Source: an uncultured Phycisphaerales bacterium
GTDB lineage: Bacteria; Planctomycetota; Phycisphaerae; Tepidisphaerales; Tepidisphaeraceae
Length of the DNA: 64,000 nt
Assembly: GCA_963755915.1 (NCBI GenBank)
Contig: CAVWLP010000003.1
Coordinates: 211,784-275,783 of the forward strand
Reading direction: 5' to 3'
Positions 7,608 to 17,705 of the stretch are shown here, piece after piece. The notes under the pieces are model-generated. The model did no database searches and was not told the DNA's origin. It saw nothing but the letters and a program-made list of their open reading frames with translations. Position 1 is the first letter of the stretch, and every line of letters begins with the position of its first letter. A program made the translations under genes and the position numbers.

Positions 7608-9523
7608 TCAGTTCCGACCCAGATGAATCGCCAGCACGGTCACATCCGAGGGCGTGATGCCGCTGATGCGCAGGGCCTGCCCCAAACTGCGGGGATTGAA
7701 TTTCGTGAACTTCTGCTTTGCTTCGTTGCGCAGGCCGACGACCCGCGAATAATCCGTGGCCAGCGGGATCAGCTTTGTCTCCAGCTTGGCGAACCGCTCG
7801 ATTTCGCGGTCCTGGCGGGCGATGTAGCCTTCGTATTTGATGCGAATTTCCAGACGCTGGGCGACGTCGGGGGAGACGAAGCGGCCAGTTGCGGATAGCG
7901 GCGGGTCATCTCTTCATGCGCGAAATCCGGGCTGCGGAAAACGGTTTCGGCGCGAAGCTCGCGAATTAACTCGGCGCCGGCGGAAATCGCGTCCCGGCGG
8001 GCGGAGAACTGGCGCCAGCGATGGTCGTCGACCAGGCCGATCTCGCGGCCGATGGGGGTGAGGCGTTCATCGGCGTTGTCGTTGCGAAGATGCAGGCGAT
8101 GCTCGGCGCGGCTGGTGAACATGCGATACGGCTCGGTCGGTGGCTTGGTCACCAGGTCGTCGACGAGGACGCCGATGTACGCCTGATCGCGGCGCAGGAC
8201 GAAATCGGCCTCGCCGCCGGCGGCATAGCGGGCGGCGTTGATGCCGGCGATGAGGCCCTGGGCGGCGGCCTCTTCGTAGCCGCTGGTGCCGTTGATCTGG
8301 CCGGCGAGAAACAGGCCGGCGATGCGCTTGGTTTGGAGCGTGCTTTGGATCTGCGTCGGCCAGACCATGTCGTATTCGACGGCATAGCCATAGCGGAGAA
8401 ATTTCGCGTGCTCCAGGCCGGGGATCAGGCGGACGATGTGTTCCTGCACGTCGGCCGGGAGCGAAGTGCTGATGCCGTTGCAGTAGATTTCGTCGGTGTC
8501 GAGGCCTTCGGGCTCGAGGAAAATCTGATGGCGATCCTTGTCGGCGAAGCGGACGACCTTGTCTTCGATGCTGGGGCAATAGCGCGGGCCGGTGCTTTGA
8601 ATCTGGCCGGTGTACATCGGGGCGCGGTGGAGATTCTGGCGGATGATTTCGTGGATTTCCTGGCACGTGCCGGTGATCCAGCAATTCACCTGCGGCAGCG
8701 GAGGGGACCATTCACCCGCATATTCATTCAAATAGGAAAACGGCGCGGGCCGCTCGTCGCCGGGCTGGTTTTCGAAGGCCGGAAAATCGATCGACTGCCG
8801 CTGCAAGCGCGGCGGGGTGCCGGTCTTGAGGCGGCCCATTTCCAGGCCGAGGTTTTGGAGGCAGGCGGTCAGGCCAGAGGCGGCAGCTTCGCCGACGCGG
8901 CCGCCTTCGGTTTGTTTTTCGCCGGTGTGCATGAGGCCGCGGAGGAAGGTGCCGGTGGTGACGATTGCGGCGCGGCAATGGAGGTGGGTGCCGTCTTTGA
9001 GGATGATGGCGCTGACGGCGGGAGTTGTGCTCGTGCCGAATCCACTGTGTGAGTTTTGGGCTTTGAATTCCGCCGGTGAGGACACCGGCGGCACTCTGGT
9101 TGCCGGCGAAGTTGTGGAGGGAAAAGTAGAGCAGAAGGGCGAGGTGCAAATCTCGGCGACTTCGCCTTGAACGATCGTCAGGTTTGGGCAGGTGTGCAAA
9201 AGCTCCTGCACGCGTTTGGCATATTTGTATTTGTCGGCCTGGGCGCGCGGCCCCCACACTGCCGGGCCCTTGGAGCGATTGAGCATGCGGAACTGAATTC
9301 CGGTGTCGTCGGTGGCGAGGCCCATCAGGCCGCCGAGGGCGTCGATCTCGCGGACCATCTGGCCCTTGGCGAGTCCCCCGATGGCCGGATTGCACGACAT
9401 CTGGCCGATTTTGGTTTGGTCCATGGTGATCAGGGCGACGCTGGCGCCGAGGCGGGAGGCAGCCCAGGCGGCTTCGGCGCCGGCGTGACCTCCGCCGATG
9501 ATGATGATGTCGTAACCGGCCAT
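7608..9523 (-). CDS. mnmG: tRNA uridine-5-carboxymethylaminomethyl synthesis enzyme MnmG (GidA); frame disruption at the G5 run 7869-7873
   Basis: YDIIIIGGGHAGAEAA FAD motif, GPRYCPSIEDK and SRAEHRL. After ...QLAASSPP the canonical C-terminus DVAQRLEIRIKYEGYIARQ...GQALRISGITPSDVTVLAIHLGRN lies in the adjacent frame and stops at 7608-7610. Confidence 0.9.
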
Positions 9524-11115
9524 TCCTGGACTACCAAGTCCCCAAATTCGTCGTGCCACAAAATCTTTTCGCCATTATAAGAGCGCTGCTCGCGCATGGC
9601 CACGATGGTGAGATCGGGGGGCTGGGGCGGCATTTTTCCCGCGAGGATCAGGGGAATCCTGTCGGCGGCGGGAAGATACTGGCCGATCGGCTCGGAGATC
9701 GGCATGGGGACCTCGGCGGCCTCCCGCCAGCAGAGATAGGTCGGCCACGTTCCGATGTTATCGACCAGGGTATGGGCCGGGGTATTCTGGCGAATCCAGT
9801 CACACATTTGTACATATTGCGCGGACGGCTCGAAGAGGTTTTCCATCTGCGCCCATCTGCGAAAATCGACGACCGGCGCAACGAAAATTAAGAGCATGCA
9901 AATCCACTGGGGCGCTTTTAGCCTGGCCCCGAGGCAATTGAGCGCGGCTGCCGCGAACATCGCGAGGAAATAATTCAAATCGGCAAGAAATCGAGAGGGG
10001 GTAAAAAATCCTGCCGTCAGGTGAAATGTGGCGGGAATGACATATTCGCCCAGCACAAACATTACCGCCAGCAGGGTCGAGGCGATGATGACGATCGGGT
10101 CGAGCCGGATTTTTCGAGCGAGGGCCAAGGCGATTCCGGCAAGGGCAAAACCGCTGAGCACATATCCCAGCTCGCGCGGAAGAGTGATCAGCGAAAGGAT
10201 CGGCTCCCCGGCCGTGGTCATGCCGGTGGAGTGAAACGTGTTTAAATGAGCGGCGTAGGGGATGAGATAAAATGCGTCCAGGAGGATGCCGCAGATGGCG
10301 GCGGTGGCCAGGTTGGGCCAGCGTTTATCCCGGAGGATCTGCCACAAGGCGATGAAGAGCAAAATCGCCGACGCGGTAATCATGACGTGGTGGTGGACGA
10401 GAATAGTGGATGCGAAGAGCAGGGCCATTGCGACGGTTTGGCGATATTTTGTGGCGCTAGCGAACGAACCCCCTCCCCTGCCCTCCCCTCTTCGAGCCTG
10501 AGCCTCTCTTCGAGCCCGAGCCTCAGAGCCGAGGGCAGAGCCGAAGGCCGGATTACCGGGGGCGGGGGAAAGAGTCAGCATCGCGATGAACAGGAGCATC
10601 GCCAGTTCATTGGGCAGCGCCGCCCAGCGGAAATAATCGATGCTTCCATCCCAGGCCCAAAGGCCATAAATGCCCGCGGCATAAATTGCGATGGTTGCGC
10701 TGCCACAAACCCGACGTGCCAGGAGATACATTTGTGCCGTGGTGAGGACGCCCAGCAGCGGTATGAGATCTTTGAAGACGGTGTGCAGGGGCAAGCCGGA
10801 AATCCCCGACAAAAGCACCAGCAGCACGTGGCTGCCGGTGGGATAATTCAGCGGCACGCCGGCGAAGGGCCAGCGATCGATGGCGTGGTGAGTGAGCTGA
10901 ATCTGGCGGGCCAGAATCAAATGAAACACCGGATCGAGCCACCCCGCGGGCAAAACCCGTGGGAGCGCGACGGCATAACGGCTAACGCCGACGACGACGA
11001 GAATCAAAACCAGCCAGATTTGCGAAGGATTTCTGCTTGTGCCAGGGGTCGCGCGTGCCCTCACGCAACCCACGATACAGAGGAGCGTAAAAATTCCCCA
11101 AACCGGATAAAACAA
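9430..11115 (-). CDS. polytopic membrane protein of unknown function (possibly a GT-C-like glycosyltransferase)
   Basis: At least 10 hydrophobic segments. The 3' end overlaps mnmG by about 94 nt. One extra or missing base in the C4 run 9540-9543 would end it at TAG 9531-9533, 8 nt before the mnmG ATG. Confidence 0.5.
   Translation of the reverse strand: MFYPVWGIFTLLCIVGCVRARATPGTSRNPSQIWLVLILVVVGVSRYAVALPRVLPAGWLDPVFHLILARQIQLTHHAIDRWPFAGVPLNYPTGSHVLLVLLSGISGLPLHTVFKDLIPLLGVLTTAQMYLLARRVCGSATIAIYAAGIYGLWAWDGSIDYFRWAALPNELAMLLFIAMLTLSPAPGNPAFGSALGSEARARREAQARRGEGRGGGSFASATKYRQTVAMALLFASTILVHHHVMITASAILLFIALWQILRDKRWPNLATAAICGILLDAFYLIPYAAHLNTFHSTGMTTAGEPILSLITLPRELGYVLSGFALAGIALALARKIRLDPIVIIASTLLAVMFVLGEYVIPATFHLTAGFFTPSRFLADLNYFLAMFAAAALNCLGARLKAPQWICMLLIFVAPVVDFRRWAQMENLFEPSAQYVQMCDWIRQNTPAHTLVDNIGTWPTYLCWREAAEVPMPISEPIGQYLPAADRIPLILAGKMPPQPPDLTIVAMREQRSYNGEKILWHDEFGDLVVQEWPVTTSSSSAEVTPAPKPPGLPPASAPASP
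10468..10572. repeat. family C/D palindromic repeat inserted in frame inside the membrane-protein CDS
   Basis: The string ccccctcccctgccctcccc...cttcgagcctgagcc...gagccgaagg...ccgggggcggggg matches the intergenic copy at 7505-7570 in reverse complement. It translates to SPAPGNPAFGSALGSEARARREAQARRGEGRGGG. Confidence 0.7.
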
Positions 11116-11344
11116 TCTCAGATCAAAGTGGCTGACAACGGCCCCAAGGTAGACAGCGCCCGCCAGGCCGAGCGAACTTCCAGTCGCAAACCAGTCCAGC
11201 CACCCCTCACCAAGCGCTGAGAGCGCGAGCCAGACAAATGCCCGGGATTAGAAAAAGTGCGGCGGCCGCGAGAAAGCGGATCAGCTCCATCGCCATGCGA
11301 AAAGAGTGGAAGCGAAGGAGGGAGGAAATGCAATCGGAGGAATC

Positions 11345-12145
11345 TCACTGACCCGTCGGATCAGGCTCGGTTGCCGGTCCTCCGCCGCCGAAATCCCAGG
11401 GATCGAGGAAGGCCTCAAAGTCGTTGTTGTTGTTCAAGATCAGCTTCATTTCGACGTGCATATCGAGGAACAAGTAGTTGGAACCCAAATGTAATCCGTG
11501 GCGCGTTGCATCGATTTTGCCGTTTTCGTAGTCGCCGTATTCCATGTAGTAGTCGCCGACCGCGGAAACTTTTTCACCCATCAGGATGGCATTAGACGGC
11601 GACATGTGGTTCGGCAGCGGGGTTCCGTATTTTTCGTTGTAGTACGACATGTAGGCATTGAGAATATAGGTGTGCAACCCGTTCGGTGGCGGGTCCGTAT
11701 TATCTGTTGGACAAGTAATCACGCCCGTTTTGTATGACCCCAGCACTACCGACGGCCAGGTGTTGTAGGTGTAGATAGGCCAATACGGCTGATAGGCCGG
11801 ATTAAGAACCAGATTGGTTTGTCCGTTGTAAAGCGTCCCACCAATCAGTCCATCGTCGCCGGGTGTCTTATAATAAACCGAATTTGTGCTCCAGCCCATA
11901 CCCGTCGGAAACAGCCAGCCGCTCCACTGATCGGCGTACGCGAGCATCGCGACGCCGCATTGCCGCATGTTGCTGGCGCATTGGACGGCTTCGGATTGCT
12001 GGCGGGCTTTTGTCAGAGCCGGCATCAGAAACGAAATGACGACGGCAATGATGCCGATGACCACCAGCAATTCGACCAGCGTAAACCCGGCGCAGAATGA
12101 TTTGCGACTTCCCATGCCCGATGATCCTGTGAATGGACGCAACAT
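11345..12145 (-). CDS. prepilin-type N-terminal cleavage/methylation domain protein (DUF1559-like pseudopilin)
   Basis: [26 protein letters not shown]-terminus and a C-terminal HGLHLGSNYLFLDMH motif (H-X9-DG-like). The start is uncertain (12145 or 12115). Confidence 0.75.
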   Translation of the reverse strand: MLRPFTGSSGMGSRKSFCAGFTLVELLVVIGIIAVVISFLMPALTKARQQSEAVQCASNMRQCGVAMLAYADQWSGWLFPTGMGWSTNSVYYKTPGDDGLIGGTLYNGQTNLVLNPAYQPYWPIYTYNTWPSVVLGSYKTGVITCPTDNTDPPPNGLHTYILNAYMSYYNEKYGTPLPNHMSPSNAILMGEKVSAVGDYYMEYGDYENGKIDATRHGLHLGSNYLFLDMHVEMKLILNNNNDFEAFLDPWDFGGGGPATEPDPTGQ

Positions 12146-12353
12146 TCTACCTTCTTTGACGCATGCCGCCAGCAAACATTGCAGGGGCGGGAAACTATAT
12201 TTGGGGTCACTATATTGTGGCCGCAGACTCTCAAAACAGGACAAGAAAATCCAAAAATCGCGACAAAATTGCACGGAGTAGTCGGCCTCCAGCCTGAGTT
12301 TTGCGGAGTACCGCCCGGCGGCCTCCAGCCGCCGCTTCCGTTAGAATCCCGGC

Positions 12354-13889
12354 GTGGACCACGACCGCACCTCCCCAGCCTGGGTTCCCGCGGCCCTTAG
12401 CGCAGCTTTGGCACTGGGCCTTTATGCGGTCACCCTTGGCGGGACATATATTTACGACGACGCCGTCGTCATCGGGCTGGACCCGCGCGTCAAAGACCCG
12501 CATTTGTGGGGCCAATTCTGGACGCACGACTGGTGGAACAACGGCGCGGTTGACAATCTCTATCGGCCGCTGGTGTCGCAGTCGTTTGGGCTTCAGTGGT
12601 GGGTCATGGGGGACCGGGCGTGGGCATTCCATCTGGTTAATGTTCTGCTTCACGCGGGGGCGTCGGCCCTTGTGGCGGAGTTGGGGCGGCGGTTGGCGGG
12701 ATGGCGCGTGGGGCTTATCGCGGGGCTTCTTTTTGCGGCACATCCCGTGCATAGCGAGGCCGTCGCTTCGATTGTGGGGCGGGCCGAGCTGGCATGCGCC
12801 GTGGGAATGTTTGCGGCGCTGGTGCTGTTCCTAAAGCCGATCGTCACCACGCGGCGGGCGATCGCGATCGGCGCTGTTTCGCTTGTCGCGATGCTGAGCA
12901 AAGAGCAGGGACTGCTTATGCCGGGATTACTTGCGGCCTTACTTCCGGTGCGGCAGAAATTGTTTCCGGGGCCGCAGACCAAAAAGCAGCGGGAGCCGAT
13001 TCTCCTGGCGTTTTGCCTGGTCATCTGGGCGTTCATCGCGCTGTTTTATCTGCGCGAATATGTGCTGCACATGAAGTTCGAGTGGGACCGCAGCTTCCTC
13101 GATATCGCGATGCAGCCGCTGGTGCTTTCGCACGGCATCGACCGCTGGCTGGTTCCGCTGGCGGTTTTGGGGAGATATTTCCTGCTGCTGGTGGCGCCAG
13201 TGAAACTGTCCATCGATTATAACCTGGCGGTCATCGGGCCGACGATCAGCGCAAGCGATCCGTATCTGATCGTGGGGGCGATTGTGCTGGCGGGTTGGAC
13301 CGTCGCGACGGTCGTTTGCATGGTCCGCCGGAATTGGGTGGCGCTTTTTTGCCTGATTGCGATGGCTCTCACTTATTCTGTGGCATCCAATATCGTCATC
13401 CTCGCCGCGATCTTCGGCGAAAGGCTCATGTACCTTCCATCCGCGTTCTTGCTGATTCTCGTGGGAATGGCACTCGCGAGGCTGCCTCGTTTATCGGGGA
13501 ATCTTGTGCTGGCTGTGCTGCTTTGCCTCGCGTCTCTTCGCACTTTAACCTACGTCCAGCGGTGGAACGATCGGGATGATTTTTATCGATATTCGCTGCT
13601 CCAGCAGCCCCGATCGCTCAAGCTGCACCTGCTGCTGTCTTTCGCGGACTATGAGGAAAACAAACTGGCGGAGTCCCGGCAGATCATGGAGGATGCCGAG
13701 GCGATTTACCCGGACTACTGGCAGCTTTGGAAAATGACGGCGCTCATCGACGAAAAGGAAAGCAAGTGGCCCCAGGCGGTGAAGGATTGGAAGCGGGCGT
13801 TTGACCTGTATCCTGCCGGCTCAATGCAGGCGCGGTGGGCGCACGCGATGGACATGGCGGCGAAGCAGCGCCCGGCAACCAAACCTTAG
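12354..13889 (+). CDS. TMTC-like membrane protein: N-terminal multi-span domain (DUF1736-like) plus C-terminal TPR
   Basis: GTG start. YDDAVVIGLDPRV, NLYRPLV and FAAHPVHSEAV motifs are typical of TPR-containing O-mannosyltransferase-like proteins. Confidence 0.6.
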   Translation: MDHDRTSPAWVPAALSAALALGLYAVTLGGTYIYDDAVVIGLDPRVKDPHLWGQFWTHDWWNNGAVDNLYRPLVSQSFGLQWWVMGDRAWAFHLVNVLLHAGASALVAELGRRLAGWRVGLIAGLLFAAHPVHSEAVASIVGRAELACAVGMFAALVLFLKPIVTTRRAIAIGAVSLVAMLSKEQGLLMPGLLAALLPVRQKLFPGPQTKKQREPILLAFCLVIWAFIALFYLREYVLHMKFEWDRSFLDIAMQPLVLSHGIDRWLVPLAVLGRYFLLLVAPVKLSIDYNLAVIGPTISASDPYLIVGAIVLAGWTVATVVCMVRRNWVALFCLIAMALTYSVASNIVILAAIFGERLMYLPSAFLLILVGMALARLPRLSGNLVLAVLLCLASLRTLTYVQRWNDRDDFYRYSLLQQPRSLKLHLLLSFADYEENKLAESRQIMEDAEAIYPDYWQLWKMTALIDEKESKWPQAVKDWKRAFDLYPAGSMQARWAHAMDMAAKQRPATKP

Positions 13890-14800
13890 AGCGAAATCCA
13901 TCCTGCCCGGCGGTGCACGACGAGGTTTCCGGGGAAAATCTGGCGGCTGGGTGTGGCCGCGTCGCTGGCCATTTCGCGAAGGCGATCAAGCGCGTCGCCG
14001 CCCAATTCTCCTGCCGCGGCTCCCTGCGCGATCAGCCATCGCCGGGCTGATTCTCGTCCCAGAACCGCGGGCAATTCCGCGAGCCTGATCGCGGCAAACC
14101 GCGGCTCCAGCTTTGGAGCGGTTGCACGGACCCAGCGGTTAAGTTCCGCGCAGGCGTTTCCCAGGGTGATGATCGGCACATGGAGATCCTGACGCGATTG
14201 CAGGAATTGCCGGACGCGATTGCGGGCGTACCGATCGGACTGATTGCTCGCATCCTCGCGCCAGGTCTGGCCGCGCTGTTTGAGATACTCGCGCAATTCA
14301 GTTCGCCGAATCCCGAGCAGGGGTCGCACCACGGTTATTCCTGCGACGGTTCCCTTCGCCTTCATCCCCGCCAATCCCGCCGGGCCGGAGCCGCGAAGGA
14401 GCCGAAACAAAATCGTTTCCGACTGGTCATCGGCATGATGACCGAGGATGACGCCCATGAGCTTATGACCGAGGACAACGCGGCGGAATAGTTCAAATCG
14501 AATCGCGCGGTAACGGGCGGATGGATTTTTGGGCAGATCGGGCATCTCCGGCTCGAATTGATCGCGGCTGCGGATGGTCGCGGGAATCGAATGATGCTGC
14601 GCCAGCTCTGCCACGAATGCCGAGTCTGCGGTGCTCTCCGGCCCGCGCGTCTGGTGATCGAGGTGAACGACGTGCAACTCAACCCCTGGCAACTCCTTGA
14701 GAAGCAGCAGCAATGCAACGCTGTCCGCGCCCCCGCTGACGGCGACGGCCCAGGGGCCGGGCCGCAAAGATTCCGCGATCAAATCAGCGTTAAGCGCCAC
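13886..14800 (-). CDS. tilS: tRNA(Ile)-lysidine synthase, short form (304 aa)
   Basis: SGGADS PP-loop (VAVSGGADSVALL), HLDHQTR and GHHADDQSETILFRLLRG. Confidence 0.85.
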   Translation of the reverse strand: MALNADLIAESLRPGPWAVAVSGGADSVALLLLLKELPGVELHVVHLDHQTRGPESTADSAFVAELAQHHSIPATIRSRDQFEPEMPDLPKNPSARYRAIRFELFRRVVLGHKLMGVILGHHADDQSETILFRLLRGSGPAGLAGMKAKGTVAGITVVRPLLGIRRTELREYLKQRGQTWREDASNQSDRYARNRVRQFLQSRQDLHVPIITLGNACAELNRWVRATAPKLEPRFAAIRLAELPAVLGRESARRWLIAQGAAAGELGGDALDRLREMASDAATPSRQIFPGNLVVHRRAGWISL

Positions 14801-14810
14801 CGCACCATCT

Positions 14811-14845
14811 TACAAACAAAAGCCCCCGGGGGTTTCCCGGGGGCT
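14811..14845 (-). terminator. rho-independent terminator downstream of the PEP-CTERM gene
   Basis: Minus strand reads agcccccggg-aaacc-cccgggggct followed by tttgtttgt. Confidence 0.65.
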
Positions 14846-14901
14846 GTTCAAGCACTACTTAAAGCACGTGGCGCTTGTGCCCTGCGCCTATGCTTGAGTA
14901 A

Positions 14902-15852
14902 CTACTTGGTCTTCTGGGTGCGGCGTCGATTCAGCAGGGCAAGACCTGCGAGGCCCAACAGCCCGATGCTGGCAGGCTCGGGGACTGCCGTTCCTGAGAG
15001 CGTTATATTATCGAAACGCCAGTTTCCGGAGTTGTTGTTGTAGTCGCCGCCGGAAGCGGCCCAGTAATCCTGTCCGCCGCTGGTATCCCCAGTCACATAC
15101 GCCGTGTAATCAGCGTCACCCAAGGTTGGGCGCACCGACACCAGTTCGATCGCAAAATTGGGGTCGTTGGTGGCGCCGGCGGGAAGACCGGTCAAGTCGA
15201 TGGTGATATTCGGCGAGGAATTGGAATAGAAAATGCTCCCAGCCGAAATCACGTAATCGCTGCCAAGATTCGTCCACGCGATGCTCGGATCCGCGACGCC
15301 CGGAGGATTCAGGCCACCGGGAGGATTGGCCCCCTCATCACCGGTGTAATTGAAACCGGCACCGGCGGTATCGTCTAGGGTATAGGCCACCTGAAGATTT
15401 GCGGGGGCCTGGTTGGTGGAATACCAATCGAACGAGAAGGAGGTCGGTGCATAGCCGGTGGTTGGGATGGCAAAAGCGGCGCCCTGGGTGTAATTGGGGG
15501 CCGAATTGTTCCAGCCATTGCCGGGCATACCGCTGGTATTGCTGGTCCCACGAACACGCCAGGTATCTTCGGTGATACTGCTCGCTGTGGTGCTGACAAT
15601 GTCGTCGCTGGCGTTGGTCGGAGTGGTTTCTCCACCGGTGTAGGTGTAATTGTTGTTCATGCCAAGCGTAACAGCGCTTGAGGAACTTGCGTTGGTTCCT
15701 CCGGTCGCAGCGGGTGAATTAACCCCGGGCGATCCCTGGGCCGCGGTCGCGGTAAACGACCATTGGGCGACAATGTCAGCCGAGGCAACTCGGACAGTCA
15801 TGCCGGCGATTATCGCCGCCGAAAGAAGCGCGATGCTCTTTTTCGTCTTCAT
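14902..15852 (-). CDS. secreted PEP-CTERM sorting-domain protein
   Basis: ATG at 15852 preceded by GGAGGGGAG; signal peptide MKTKKSIALLSAAIIAGMTVRVASA; C-terminus VPEPASIGLLGLAGLALLNRRR. Confidence 0.8.
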   Translation of the reverse strand: MKTKKSIALLSAAIIAGMTVRVASADIVAQWSFTATAAQGSPGVNSPAATGGTNASSSSAVTLGMNNNYTYTGGETTPTNASDDIVSTTASSITEDTWRVRGTSNTSGMPGNGWNNSAPNYTQGAAFAIPTTGYAPTSFSFDWYSTNQAPANLQVAYTLDDTAGAGFNYTGDEGANPPGGLNPPGVADPSIAWTNLGSDYVISAGSIFYSNSSPNITIDLTGLPAGATNDPNFAIELVSVRPTLGDADYTAYVTGDTSGGQDYWAASGGDYNNNSGNWRFDNITLSGTAVPEPASIGLLGLAGLALLNRRRTQKTK

Positions 15853-16240
15853 CACAAAAAACTCCCCTCCCCTTTTTTGGGGATTCGTGGACAATCGGAT
15901 GGGAATACGTATTTCGAACCTATCGAAATGAATCGCGCCCAGCCGGTTCAATGCAACGCCGCAAAACGGTATCGCGAAACCGCAATTGATGAAGGCGAAG
16001 TTTACGCAGCAACATGAGCGCCTCATCAATCGGAGGTTTGCGTAACGAAAATGTTTGATGATACGGAAATGAAAAATGAGGCGATTCAAAATCGCGGTTC
16101 GCGCAACCAATCAGGCCTCGTTTCCAGATTTTTACGGCGAAACGTGACTTAAACAAGTCAGTAAAAAACCTGCGGTGGATGGCGATGCCTGGGACTGGGC
16201 GAGGGGGAATTGCGGACAACCGGAAAAAGAGGCGAGCCTG

Positions 16241-16279
16241 CAACAAACAAAACGGCCTTCGGCGATGCCGAAGGCCGTT
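16241..16279 (-). terminator. rho-independent terminator
   Basis: Minus strand reads aacggccttcgg-catc-gccgaaggccgtt followed by ttgtttgttg. Confidence 0.65.
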
Positions 16280-16308
16280 CGGTTATTCAATTGTGCCCGG
16301 AGAAACGC

Positions 16309-17491
16309 CTAGGCCTTAACTTGTCGCCGGCGGCTTCGCCGTGCCATCAAGCCAAGCCCGCACGCAAGGAGGCCAATGCTGGCCGGCTCGGGAACGGCGA
16401 CGGGGGTCGTCTCAACGCCGAAGAGATCGACGCCGGTCGGCGCATTGTAAAGCACTGTGGGCGTTCCGGAACTGGGGGTGAACGCGCTATCGTAGGCCGC
16501 AGTATCGACCACTTCTTCCAGGGATCCGGGATCGTTGGAGTTGCTCGTCGTGGTGAAATAAAGATCCACACCGCTTGATGTTTCCACGCCGACCAGATCA
16601 GCGGCCTTGCCGGTGGTTCCCGTGGCCGCGGTGATTGCGAACGAACCTTCGGCCGTCAGCGAGGGCGTACCGTTGGAATATGCGACGGCATACTTATAAA
16701 TCGCGGTTGAATCGGCGATGTAGAGCGTGTCATAGGTGCTTCCGTTCAAGCCCGACTGAAGCAGATCGAAGTCGGTGATGTTTCCGGTGTTGATGCCCGA
16801 GGGAAGGGTGACGGCAGTGGTGGTTCCGCCGCTATAGGTAAAAAGCGAATTGGTGTCGCCGGAACCCTGAGCCGAGACGAAGTCAATTCCGCCGAACCCG
16901 GCCAGATATCGGGAGTTGGTGGTGTTTAACTGGCCTGTTGGCCCGTAAATCCCGACCTTGTCTGTAAACAGGTAGTTGGCATTGGTGCCATCGGGCGTAT
17001 ATGCGGAACGAATCTGGCCGCCGGACGATTCCGTATACGTGGCGGCAGTGGTGAAGGTCCCATCGGCCGTCAGATACGCCGCTTGGCGAATTGGTTGCGC
17101 CAATTCGTTCGAAGAATTATAACCCTGATAGCCACCGAACGTGACTTCGGTGCCCCCGTCCGACAAGGCCAACTGGCCGTTGCTTCCGTTGCTGTTGCTG
17201 TAGAGCGTTGTTCCGGAAGAAGAACTGCTGTCGCCGGTGAGATTGGTCACGTTCCACGTCTGCGAGATGGTGTTGCTGGTGGTATTGAAATCATCAATCG
17301 TAAGGGTTGACCCGCCAGCGGCATCGGCAACCGTGCTTGTCCCCGATTGATATACGAGCAAATCACTTGCGCCGATAACGGACGCGTTTGACCTTGTGGC
17401 CGTAATTCCCGAAACAGCCAGGGCCGCGATTGGTGCGGTCAAGAGCAGATTCGACGCCTTTGCTTTTCGGCGCTCTTAAGATTGACATCAT
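16309..17491 (-). CDS. secreted PEP-CTERM sorting-domain protein; 5' frame disruption near 17445
   Basis: C-terminus VPEPASIGLLACGLGLMARRSRRR. GGAGGCGAAAAA-ATGATG at 17491 encodes MMSILRAPKSKGVESAL, which joins LTAPIAALAVSGITATRSNA only after a 1-nt shift. Together the two parts make a canonical signal peptide. Confidence 0.7.
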
Positions 17492-17705
17492 TTTTTCGCC
17501 TCCGTGTGCGATGGTTATTTTGAGTGTGAAGCGGCCGGCGAGATGCCGATAGAAACGCCTCTCCCCAATTCGGATGCTTAAAATAGGAAGCGGCTGTCGT
17601 TTTTAGAGAAGTGTCTCGCTAAATTCGCGTTAAGATTCGGCTAATACGCAGGCGCCTATAGGTTTGGCACCATTCGGCCTCAGCCGGCGTGTAATATGCC
17701 CCGTT

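Noticed and set aside
8021-9052. 343-aa ORF on the plus strand, antisense to mnmG.
   Set aside because: It lies entirely within a strongly supported conserved gene on the other strand. The Ala/Gly/Asp/Arg-rich, low-complexity translation is typical of antisense frames in GC-rich DNA.
9020-9148. A compensating double frameshift as an explanation for the odd mnmG segment.
   Set aside because: I translated both alternative frames, and neither restores MnmG-like sequence. I therefore treated it as an in-frame insertion instead.
10246-11220. 324-aa plus-strand ORF, antisense to the membrane protein.
   Set aside because: Same reasoning. It is Arg/Gly/Gln-rich with no domain and no ribosome-binding site.
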